Assembly (NCBI GenBank): GCA_963719505.1
Contig: CAVRCF010000005.1
Span: 544,001 to 608,000 of the forward strand
From: Halobacteriovoraceae bacterium
GTDB taxonomy: Bacteria; Bdellovibrionota; Bacteriovoracia; Bacteriovoracales; Bacteriovoracaceae
Reading direction: 5' to 3'
DNA length: 64,000 nucleotides
Shown: one piece after another, positions 49,978 through 57,946 of the stretch
How positions within the stretch are numbered: position 1 is the first letter of the stretch
How the letters are laid out: the number at the start of each line of letters is the position of its first letter
Notes under the pieces: model-generated
What the model saw: only the letters and a program-made list of their open reading frames with translations
Databases searched by the model: none
Told to the model about the DNA's origin: nothing
Position numbers and translations under genes: made by a program

Positions 49978-51095
49978 AATTTTGCAAGTCGATCAAAAAT
50001 CGATTCTAACTTACTTAAAATATCGTCCTGGTGTTTATGATCTTCAAAACCAAAAGAGAGCCTAATAAACTTGTCTTCAAATTCTTCAAGCCCCAAAGAT
50101 TTCAAACTTTGAGTTTCTGTTTGATTACCAGATGAGCATGCTGAGCCATAGCTCACATCCACTCCCCCTAGATCAAATTGTATAAGACACATATCTGACT
50201 TTATATTTTTAAAGATAAATCCGATCGTATTTGAAGCTATTTCTAATTGAGAAGAAATAACGAGCCCTTTATCTTTTAATTTCAACTTAAATAAATCTAT
50301 AATCTTAGATCTCAAAATTGCATTCTTATCGAGGTCTACCTTCTCAGTCAATTCCCTCAGTGCAAGTTGAATAGAGTATGTGCCAAGTGTATTCTCTGTC
50401 CCAGAGCGCATAGACCCCTGCTGGCCACCACCTAAGATAATTGAGTTCAGAGGAAAGTCTTGAGCGATAAAGCTAAAACCTATTCCCTTAAGAGCCCCAA
50501 ATTTATGTCCGGAAAAACTTATAAAATCACAAGCTTCATGCAAGACCTTCCAATCTTTAATCTTTCCAGGTGATTGAACAGCATCAACATGAATAAAAAC
50601 ATCTTCTTTTTTAAAAGAAGCTATTTTTTTGAGATCGTTAACAATTCCAGTTTCATTATTCACCCAAGTAAAATTTAAGTACACTCTCTTTGATGTCTTT
50701 GAGAGAAGCTCCTTTAAGGAATCGTAGTTAAACTCACCATTTTTTGAGTTCACAAGTTCAACAACTTCCCCACCATGAATCATGTGGTTTTTAGCGATAT
50801 ACCCCACTGCTGGATGATCAGAGGAGCTAAAAACAAAAAGATCATCAGTGGAAATATTAAAGAATGTATTAAGAGCTTCAGTCGCACCAGAGTGAAAAAG
50901 TACGAGGTGGTCATTTAAAGAGAATAAGTTTTTTAAATAAGTCGTCGTCTCTCGAACTAACTTTTTAGCGGCTTTTCCACTTGAGTGGACGCTTGAAGGA
51001 TTAGCAAAAGACAAATCCCCACTAGAGAAAAGGTCTATGACCGATTCCGCTAGTGGGGATGTAGAATTGTGATCTAAATATAATCTCGTATTCAA
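49974..51095 (-). CDS. iscS: Cysteine desulfurase (IscS/NifS type)
   Basis: YLDHNSTSP, VNNETG, HVDAVQ, SGHKFG, RSGTEN and GSACSSG motifs. Confidence 0.9.
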   Translation of the reverse strand: MNTRLYLDHNSTSPLAESVIDLFSSGDLSFANPSSVHSSGKAAKKLVRETTTYLKNLFSLNDHLVLFHSGATEALNTFFNISTDDLFVFSSSDHPAVGYIAKNHMIHGGEVVELVNSKNGEFNYDSLKELLSKTSKRVYLNFTWVNNETGIVNDLKKIASFKKEDVFIHVDAVQSPGKIKDWKVLHEACDFISFSGHKFGALKGIGFSFIAQDFPLNSIILGGGQQGSMRSGTENTLGTYSIQLALRELTEKVDLDKNAILRSKIIDLFKLKLKDKGLVISSQLEIASNTIGFIFKNIKSDMCLIQFDLGGVDVSYGSACSSGNQTETQSLKSLGLEEFEDKFIRLSFGFEDHKHQDDILSKLESIFDRLAKF

Positions 51096-51123
51096 ACCAA
51101 GATATTCTAATGGCTAGTTAATC

Positions 51124-51702
51124 TTATTGATTAACTTCACCAATATTTGGTCTGATCACAGAAGAGATTTCATTATTGATAGCAGTCTCAGCAGGGTTAG
51201 CTGCTGCGGTCGCACCAAATGTATTCGCTTCTGGAGCATTGTTATTAATTTCTCTAGATTTTCTTTGTAGGTCACCTAAAGTTGTTGTTGTTAAGTATTC
51301 TTGCATTAAGATACCTAAGTTTTCGAAGAAGTTTCTTGTTAAAGAAAACTCAGTAGTCGTTACTTTTGTTGTACTACCATCTTCGTTACTCTTAGAATCT
51401 ACACCGCTTGAAGGATTTCCAGAGATATCTTTAGCTGGGTTGATATTTTCACCAACACACTCAAGAATATCTTTGATTGTGATTTCGTCCATAGATCTAG
51501 CTAGAACATAACCACCACCTGGTCCTCTTACAGACTTAACAGCTCTTCCAGTTCTTAACTTTCTGAAAAGTTGCTCTAGATAATGTAGGGAAATTGATTG
51601 TCTGTTAGAAATTTCTTGTAATCTAACAGGGTTTCCATTTGAATTGAAAGTTAGGTCAAGCATTGCCCTAACTGCATAACGGCCTTTTGATGTTAATCTC
51701 AT
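51124..51702 (-). CDS. Rrf2-family regulator, IscR-like DNA-binding domain but lacking the cluster Cys triad
   Basis: MRLTSKGRYAVRAMLDL...YLEQLFRKL...SVRGPGGGY; GGAGG RBS. Confidence 0.9.
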   Translation of the reverse strand: MRLTSKGRYAVRAMLDLTFNSNGNPVRLQEISNRQSISLHYLEQLFRKLRTGRAVKSVRGPGGGYVLARSMDEITIKDILECVGENINPAKDISGNPSSGVDSKSNEDGSTTKVTTTEFSLTRNFFENLGILMQEYLTTTTLGDLQRKSREINNNAPEANTFGATAAANPAETAINNEISSVIRPNIGEVNQ

Positions 51703-52011
51703 TTGTCATCCTCCATAATAATATTAAACAAGTTTGTCGCATTTTTTTCGAAGATATAAATTCAATCCTTGATCTTCGAAGAGCATTTAACTGAGCAATT
51801 GATTCAGTCAAATAACTCTCATTTAAAGTATCACCTTTTTGATGTTCGAGAGTCAACTATTAATTGCTTAACTTTATCTAAAAGAAACTAACATTGAATT
51901 ACATCTATAAGTAACTGTTTTAAAAGGGAATGTGCATGGTTCCATTTGATACCAGACTGAGACTATCGGCATTTATTACCGATAATGTTGGTCAGTCTTT
52001 TTTAAACTAAA

Positions 52012-52476
52012 TTAAAACGATATTGAGAACAGTTCAAAGTTTCGACTTTGCTGTGAGTTTTCATCTGAGTTTTCATTAATTGAGATATCAAGTTGATAAA
52101 AAGAGTAGTCTTCTGGAACCTCACGAGTGAGAGCGTGAATATACTTTTCACCCCACTCGACTAAAAAGAAGCGTTTATCCTCGAGGTAGAGCTCAAGCTC
52201 CAAATGAATGATTTCATCCGCACTTTTCAGACGATAGAAATCTCCATGGAGAATATTGGGGGTCTCACTTAATACACTATAACTTGGGCTTAAAGTTTTT
52301 GAGCGCGGATCAGTCTCACTAACAAAGACTTTAGTGAAGGTTGTTTTACCTGAGCCCATAGGCCCATTAAGAATAATGACAGAAGGAGCCTCGATCATAT
52401 CTTTTAGTTCATAGGCAATATAACCTAGATCTGGTTCGAAAACTTTTTTCCACTCTCTAATTGATTTTAGATTCAT
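52012..52476 (-). CDS. tsaE: tRNA threonylcarbamoyladenosine biosynthesis ATPase TsaE
   Basis: GPMGSGKTTF, SPSY, HGDFYRL and LVEW motifs. Confidence 0.92.
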   Translation of the reverse strand: MNLKSIREWKKVFEPDLGYIAYELKDMIEAPSVIILNGPMGSGKTTFTKVFVSETDPRSKTLSPSYSVLSETPNILHGDFYRLKSADEIIHLELELYLEDKRFFLVEWGEKYIHALTREVPEDYSFYQLDISINENSDENSQQSRNFELFSISF

Positions 52477-54086
52477 TTTTTACCTAGTGAATAATCAATC
52501 ACTCCAATTTGCTCATCTAACTCTTTAAAAGCCTCAGGAAATGAATCGATAATAGACATGGCACTCATTGCTCTCACACCAAGCTTTTGAGCAGCAAGAT
52601 GTCCCGAAAGAGAATGGATGAAAACAGCCAGACCGACAGTTTTATTAAAATTTTCATAACGATTAACCAGTGGCTGGTTGTCTTTCAGCTCAGGGTCTTG
52701 TCCTAATAATCCTCCGAGAATACCAGCTAAAACATCTCCGGCTCCACCAGTTGCCATTCCATCATTAGGTGAAAAGTTAAAGAATACACTGCCGTCGGTA
52801 AATCCCATATAAGTACATGGACCTTTGAGAAGAACGGTGCAGTTGATTTTATCCACAAGCTTATTTAAATGATGAACAGGACTTCGGTGAAGGTCATCAA
52901 GTTCAATATCACAAAAACGAGCAAACTCTCCAAAATGAGGTGTTAAAATTGTAGGTGCATCTCTGAGACGAAAAACTTCACCATCTTCTTTGAGGCTTAA
53001 AACATTTATCGCATCGGCATCGAGAACGATCGGCCCGTCAAAGTTATTGAGAATTTCAAGAACAAGTTTTCTTGTTCGCGTAGAGCGCGCAAGCCCAGGC
53101 CCTATAACAATAGCCGAGTACTTGTTTAAATCCATAATGAGTCTGCCCCATTTGGTCGTATCAATAGGAACATAGCCTGTCATAACTTCTGGAATCAGCC
53201 TCGAGATAAACTCTTGGTATTGAGGCTCCCAGGTTGCTGCAGTGATAAGACCAGCTCCAACTTTTAAGGCCGCTTGAGAAGCCATGACAAGAGCACCTGT
53301 TAATCCATGAGAGCCACCGATAACTAAGGTGTGTCCAAATATTTTTTTATCTGCAAAACGGTCTCTTCTACTAATAGGATCAACAATATCTTCTAAGCTC
53401 AAAAGAAATTTATTTCCCTCATCAACAAGCGATCCAGGAAAGCCAATTTCAAGAATTTGAACAGATCCAACTAATTTTGCACCGTCGGCAACATAGTAAC
53501 CCAACTTCGGAAGAGCGATGGCCAAGGTAAGATCGGCCTCTATCGCGTTGCCTTGAATAAAGCCTGTGTCACCTTCGACACCAGAAGGTATATCCACAGA
53601 AATGGTATAAGAAGAGTTATCGTTTACATATTTTATAACATCATAAATAAAGTTTGATAGCGGAAGCACAACACCTGTTCCAAAAAGGGCATCGACCACG
53701 GCAAATTCACCCTGGAGTTGATCAAAGTAGGAACTAAACTGGTCGAAGCGCTCAATATGATTAAGCTTGACACCAAAGCACTCCGATATCTTTGCCTGCT
53801 CTATAAGCTCATCACTGCACTCTGAGTGAGGAAAAAGCATAAGCGCTCGCATATTGTAACCCATCGATCTCAGATGCCTGGCAATGGATAAACCATTAGC
53901 GCCGTTATTTCCTTTTCCAATGAGAAAAACGAGCTCGAGGTCTGGATTCTGTTCCAGTAAAGTCTCTTTAAGAAGCTTGGCACCTTTGGAGCCAACATTC
54001 TCAATAACCATTTTTTCATCAAAGAAAAACTGTTCAGCAGCAGCCTGTTCAATTTTTTTCATCTCTTTAATATTTACAATACGCAT
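52473..54086 (-). CDS. nnr: Bifunctional NAD(P)H-hydrate epimerase/dehydratase
   Basis: GKGNNG, VDALFGTG, DIPSG, IGPGL, LDADA, TPHFGEF and ATGGAGDVLAG motifs. Confidence 0.92.
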   Translation of the reverse strand: MRIVNIKEMKKIEQAAAEQFFFDEKMVIENVGSKGAKLLKETLLEQNPDLELVFLIGKGNNGANGLSIARHLRSMGYNMRALMLFPHSECSDELIEQAKISECFGVKLNHIERFDQFSSYFDQLQGEFAVVDALFGTGVVLPLSNFIYDVIKYVNDNSSYTISVDIPSGVEGDTGFIQGNAIEADLTLAIALPKLGYYVADGAKLVGSVQILEIGFPGSLVDEGNKFLLSLEDIVDPISRRDRFADKKIFGHTLVIGGSHGLTGALVMASQAALKVGAGLITAATWEPQYQEFISRLIPEVMTGYVPIDTTKWGRLIMDLNKYSAIVIGPGLARSTRTRKLVLEILNNFDGPIVLDADAINVLSLKEDGEVFRLRDAPTILTPHFGEFARFCDIELDDLHRSPVHHLNKLVDKINCTVLLKGPCTYMGFTDGSVFFNFSPNDGMATGGAGDVLAGILGGLLGQDPELKDNQPLVNRYENFNKTVGLAVFIHSLSGHLAAQKLGVRAMSAMSIIDSFPEAFKELDEQIGVIDYSLGKK

Positions 54087-54101
54087 GATGGAAGAACCTT
54101 T

Positions 54102-54848
54102 TTAACTTTCTATGATTTTAATTAATTTTTTAACACTATTTTCAAGTCCAGCAAATACTGCGTCAGCAATAATCCAATGCCCGATATTGTACTCCACAAA
54201 TAATTGAGCATCCACCAGTGGCTTTAAGTTTTCATCTGTTAATCCATGCCCGGCATGAAAACCAATATTATGGGTATGGCAATAATCTTTTGCTTTTTTA
54301 AACTCTTCTATATAGGAATCAATATTTTCATCGTTATTAAAAGCGTGGGCGTAGTCACCAGTATGAATCTCAACAGCATCGGCTTCAAGCCTTTGACACA
54401 TCTGCATTGTCTCTATATTTGCTTCAACAAAAAGTGAGATCTTAGCATTTGGAATTTCGTTTTTAAATTTTTTACAAGTCTGACTTATTTTATCAAAGGT
54501 GTTTTTATCTTTAAGATTAAGACCACCTTCAGTTGTTCTCTCTTCTCTTTTCTCTGGTACAATACAGATCCACTCTGGGTCGACATCGATGGCAATATCA
54601 ATAATTTCTGGGTTCGCACCAATTTCTAAATTTAAGGGCTTTCCATAATTTTGAGTCACAGTTTTAACAGTTGTAACATCGAAGTCCTGAATATGCCTTC
54701 TATCTTCACGAAGATGAATTGTTATTTGATCGGCGCCAGCATCTAAAACGACTTTTGCAGCCTCGGCCACACTTGGATATTGTTCTCCACGAGCTTGCCT
54801 TAGCGTTGCCACATGATCAATATTTACTCCTAGTCTTACTTTTTTCAT
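54102..54848 (-). CDS. pdxJ: Pyridoxine 5'-phosphate synthase
   Basis: LGVNIDHVATLRQAR, HLREDRRHI, TTEGGL and HAGHGL motifs. Confidence 0.96.
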   Translation of the reverse strand: MKKVRLGVNIDHVATLRQARGEQYPSVAEAAKVVLDAGADQITIHLREDRRHIQDFDVTTVKTVTQNYGKPLNLEIGANPEIIDIAIDVDPEWICIVPEKREERTTEGGLNLKDKNTFDKISQTCKKFKNEIPNAKISLFVEANIETMQMCQRLEADAVEIHTGDYAHAFNNDENIDSYIEEFKKAKDYCHTHNIGFHAGHGLTDENLKPLVDAQLFVEYNIGHWIIADAVFAGLENSVKKLIKIIES

Positions 54849-54849
54849 T

Positions 54850-56211
54850 CTAACCCAGTGCCTTTTTTACTACATTTGTTATTTGCGTCGCCCATTTATT
54901 AACAAGAACATCGTCACTTCCCTCTACCATAACTCTGGCCAAATTTTCGGTACCAGAATATCTTAAAAGGACCCGGCCTATTCCTTCAAGTTCAGCTTCG
55001 GCTTGTTTTACGACTTGTTGAATATCACTATTTTTTTCAAACGGAACTTTCTTTGCAACACGAATATTGTTGAGAATTTGGGGAACGAGTTTTACTTCCT
55101 TCACAAGTTCATGCAGAGGTTTCTTAAAATATTTCAAACACTCAATGACCTTTAAAGCAGCGAGTATACCATCGCCTGTGGTCGCAAAGTCTTTAAAGAT
55201 TAGATGCCCTGAAGGCTCTCCACCAAAGACGGCACCTGTCTTTCTCATCTGTTCAACAATGTATCTATCCCCTACATTTGTTCTCGAAAATTTAATTCCC
55301 AGCTCTTTTAAATAGAGCTCAAGACCAAAGTTACTCATGAGAGTACCCACAACCTCGTTGGCCTCCCCTAGATTCCCTGTTTCTTTTAAAAACTTTGAGA
55401 AAATTCCCATAAGGACATCCCCGTGCACAATTTTACCTCTGTTATCGACGATGACTAATCGATCGGCATCGCCATCCAAACAGATACCAAGGTCAGCTCT
55501 ATATTTAATGACCTCATCTGCGCATTTACTTGGATGCAAAGCGCCAACTTTATCATTTATATTCAAACCATTTGGCTGATTACCAATACTGATAACCTCT
55601 GCGCCTAGTTCTTCAAAGCACATTGGGGCAACTTTATAACCGGCTCCATTGGCCCCATCTACCACAAGCCTCATTCCATCCAAACTATAGTAGGAGTTGA
55701 AAGCTGACTTTACTTTAACGATATATCGACCCACGACTTCATCTAATCTTTTTGCTTTTCCAAGCTTATCATCTAGCTTGGTCTCAATAAGACTGGGGTC
55801 TAGAATCATTTTTTCTAATTCCAGCTCCACGTCATCGGGCAACTTATGTCCATCTCTATCAAAGATCTTTATTCCATTGTCCGAGTAATGGTTATGAGAG
55901 GCTGAGATCATAACTCCTGCATCTGCCCTCATGGACTCAGTCACAAAAGCCACCCCTGGTGTGGGAAGGGGTCCTGTTAAGATCGCGGTTCCCCCCTGGG
56001 CGCATACACCCGAAGAAAAAGCTTGCTCAAGCATATAACAGCTCCTGCGGGTATCTTTTCCTATAATAATCATCGTCTTCTTTGAACCTGTTAACTTTTG
56101 AAAATACGCCGTAACCGCTCGCCCCAAAGAAAATGCAACCTCTCCTGTCATAGGATAGACGTTGGCTTTTCCTCTAATACCGTCAGTTCCAAATAATTTT
56201 CTCTCGTTCAT
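54850..56211 (-). CDS. glmM: Phosphoglucosamine mutase
   Basis: FGTDGIRG, ISASHN, DGDADR, GGEPSGH and RYSGTE motifs. Confidence 0.96.
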   Translation of the reverse strand: MNERKLFGTDGIRGKANVYPMTGEVAFSLGRAVTAYFQKLTGSKKTMIIIGKDTRRSCYMLEQAFSSGVCAQGGTAILTGPLPTPGVAFVTESMRADAGVMISASHNHYSDNGIKIFDRDGHKLPDDVELELEKMILDPSLIETKLDDKLGKAKRLDEVVGRYIVKVKSAFNSYYSLDGMRLVVDGANGAGYKVAPMCFEELGAEVISIGNQPNGLNINDKVGALHPSKCADEVIKYRADLGICLDGDADRLVIVDNRGKIVHGDVLMGIFSKFLKETGNLGEANEVVGTLMSNFGLELYLKELGIKFSRTNVGDRYIVEQMRKTGAVFGGEPSGHLIFKDFATTGDGILAALKVIECLKYFKKPLHELVKEVKLVPQILNNIRVAKKVPFEKNSDIQQVVKQAEAELEGIGRVLLRYSGTENLARVMVEGSDDVLVNKWATQITNVVKKALG

Positions 56212-57120
56212 TTATTTCTCACTTTTTTCAAGCTCCACCACCACTGAGTCTGGAACAATTTTTAATAGATGTAAATTTTCTGGAAGCTTTGCCTCCAGCT
56301 TAATTGTTTGCTTATCAGCAGAATCGTCAACCGTAGCAACGACTTTTATATCTCCTGAACTAATTCTTAAATCCTGACTATTTTCCGCTAAAACCATAAG
56401 ATTAGCAAATCGCACATCAGCACTTTTAATCTTTCTATGACTTAAAAAGTAGATAGGAATCTTCTTGAGAATCATATTAGACCTCGTCGTTTTGACAACA
56501 TAGTCGAAGACAACTTTATTAGCACTATATTGAATTCGATTGTCATTTTTTACGAGATAAAGTTCCCGAGAGCCAGCACTAGTTATCTGTGAATAGTTTA
56601 CGACTTGAGTCGAAACGGTCTGAATCTTTTCCACAATAGAGCGAGCTCCAGTGACTTTTATAGAAGAGGGATTAATAGTGCTTTTTACCAGCTTGTGATC
56701 AAGAGGAATCTCTCCAACATTTTGAATAGAAATAGGAATATCCTTTGTTATCGATTCTTCAATTTCCACTGTCACTTTTGCCGGAAGCACTTTATCCACT
56801 TTAATACCAAAAGGGATATTAAACCCTAGGTTCTCACTGATAAACTCGTATTCCATTTTATTGGGATTAAAATTTGACGCAATATTAACCTTAAGAATAT
56901 CTTGGGCTTTTTCTAGGCTTCTTATAACGGCTTTTGGTCCTGTTAATGTGAAGCCAACAGAAGGTACCTTCTCGCTGACCAATGAATAACCAGCTGGCAT
57001 TGTATAATCAAGCTTTACTTCAATTGTTGCAGTCGTCTTTGCTGTACTCATGACATAAAGCCAGATGAGAAAGGCTATCAAAACAGACAAAAAAGGAATT
57101 AAAAAGGACCTAAGCTTCAT
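56212..57120 (-). CDS. cdaR: CdaR/YbbR-family regulator of diadenylate cyclase
   Basis: N-terminal TM, YbbR repeats (LTGPK, PSSIKVTG); lies between cdaA and glmM. Confidence 0.85.
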   Translation of the reverse strand: MKLRSFLIPFLSVLIAFLIWLYVMSTAKTTATIEVKLDYTMPAGYSLVSEKVPSVGFTLTGPKAVIRSLEKAQDILKVNIASNFNPNKMEYEFISENLGFNIPFGIKVDKVLPAKVTVEIEESITKDIPISIQNVGEIPLDHKLVKSTINPSSIKVTGARSIVEKIQTVSTQVVNYSQITSAGSRELYLVKNDNRIQYSANKVVFDYVVKTTRSNMILKKIPIYFLSHRKIKSADVRFANLMVLAENSQDLRISSGDIKVVATVDDSADKQTIKLEAKLPENLHLLKIVPDSVVVELEKSEK

Positions 57121-57907
57121 AAGCCACCTCTGCCTTTTGTCCGTTTTGGGATTTTAAAACGACCGAAAGCTTACTACGCAGCTGTCTATCATTTTTAACA
57201 TCAAAGAATTCGCCTTCGTTACAAATTTTTATAAGTCCTGTCTCCTCAGAGACGATAACCACAACGGCATCAGTCAATTCCGTCACCCCCAAAGCTGCTC
57301 TGTGACGAGTACCATAGTGGCGGTCTATCTCAACATTTTTTGACAAGGGAAGAAAACATCCAGCCGATTGAATTTTTCCATTAAAAATAATAATGGCTCC
57401 ATCGTGTAAAGGAGAGCTCCCTTGAAAAATAGAATAGATAAGGTCTGAGTGAATAGCGCTATCAATGCGAGTTCCCGTCAAAGAGAAGTTTAGTAAACCT
57501 TGGTTTTTCTCAAACACAATAAGAGCACCCGTTTTTTCTTTGCTGAGCACCGAACAAACCCGGACAATTTCTTCTAAGTCCTCATCGTGAAGAGTTTTTC
57601 TTTTTCGAGAAAACATTTTCGTTTCACCAAAAGAAACCAAAGCCGCTCTTATCTCTTCTTGAAAAAGAATGATAATGATAACGAAAAAGTAATCAAAAAA
57701 TTGAGTCAAGATCCAGTTGAGAGAATAAAGCTTGAAGCTGATACTAATCCAAAACAAACTCAAAAGAGCAATGAGTCCAAAGATCATCTGAACCGCTCGA
57801 GTCCCCTGAACGATGAGAAGAAAACGATAAACGATGAAAGCCATGATGCCTAAATCAAGCATATCGTTAACTGTAAAATTTTGAATTACTTTTAGTAAAA
57901 AATCCAA
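57110..57907 (-). CDS. cdaA: Diadenylate cyclase CdaA/DacA
   Basis: 3 TM; LFQEEIR, PLHDGA, GTRHRAALG and VSEETG motifs. Confidence 0.95.
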   Translation of the reverse strand: MDFLLKVIQNFTVNDMLDLGIMAFIVYRFLLIVQGTRAVQMIFGLIALLSLFWISISFKLYSLNWILTQFFDYFFVIIIILFQEEIRAALVSFGETKMFSRKRKTLHDEDLEEIVRVCSVLSKEKTGALIVFEKNQGLLNFSLTGTRIDSAIHSDLIYSIFQGSSPLHDGAIIIFNGKIQSAGCFLPLSKNVEIDRHYGTRHRAALGVTELTDAVVVIVSEETGLIKICNEGEFFDVKNDRQLRSKLSVVLKSQNGQKAEVAYEA

Positions 57908-57939
57908 GATAAACCTTTATTTTCGTATAAAGGTTTATC
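57908..57939. repeat. Perfect 13-bp inverted repeat abutting the cdaA start
   Basis: GATAAACCTTTAT-TTTCGT-ATAAAGGTTTATC. Confidence 0.85.
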
Positions 57940-57946
57940 GGTAGAT

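Noticed and set aside
51668-51856. 62-aa leader ORF upstream of the Rrf2 gene
   Set aside because: No RBS; it overlaps a likely promoter and the Rrf2 start out of frame
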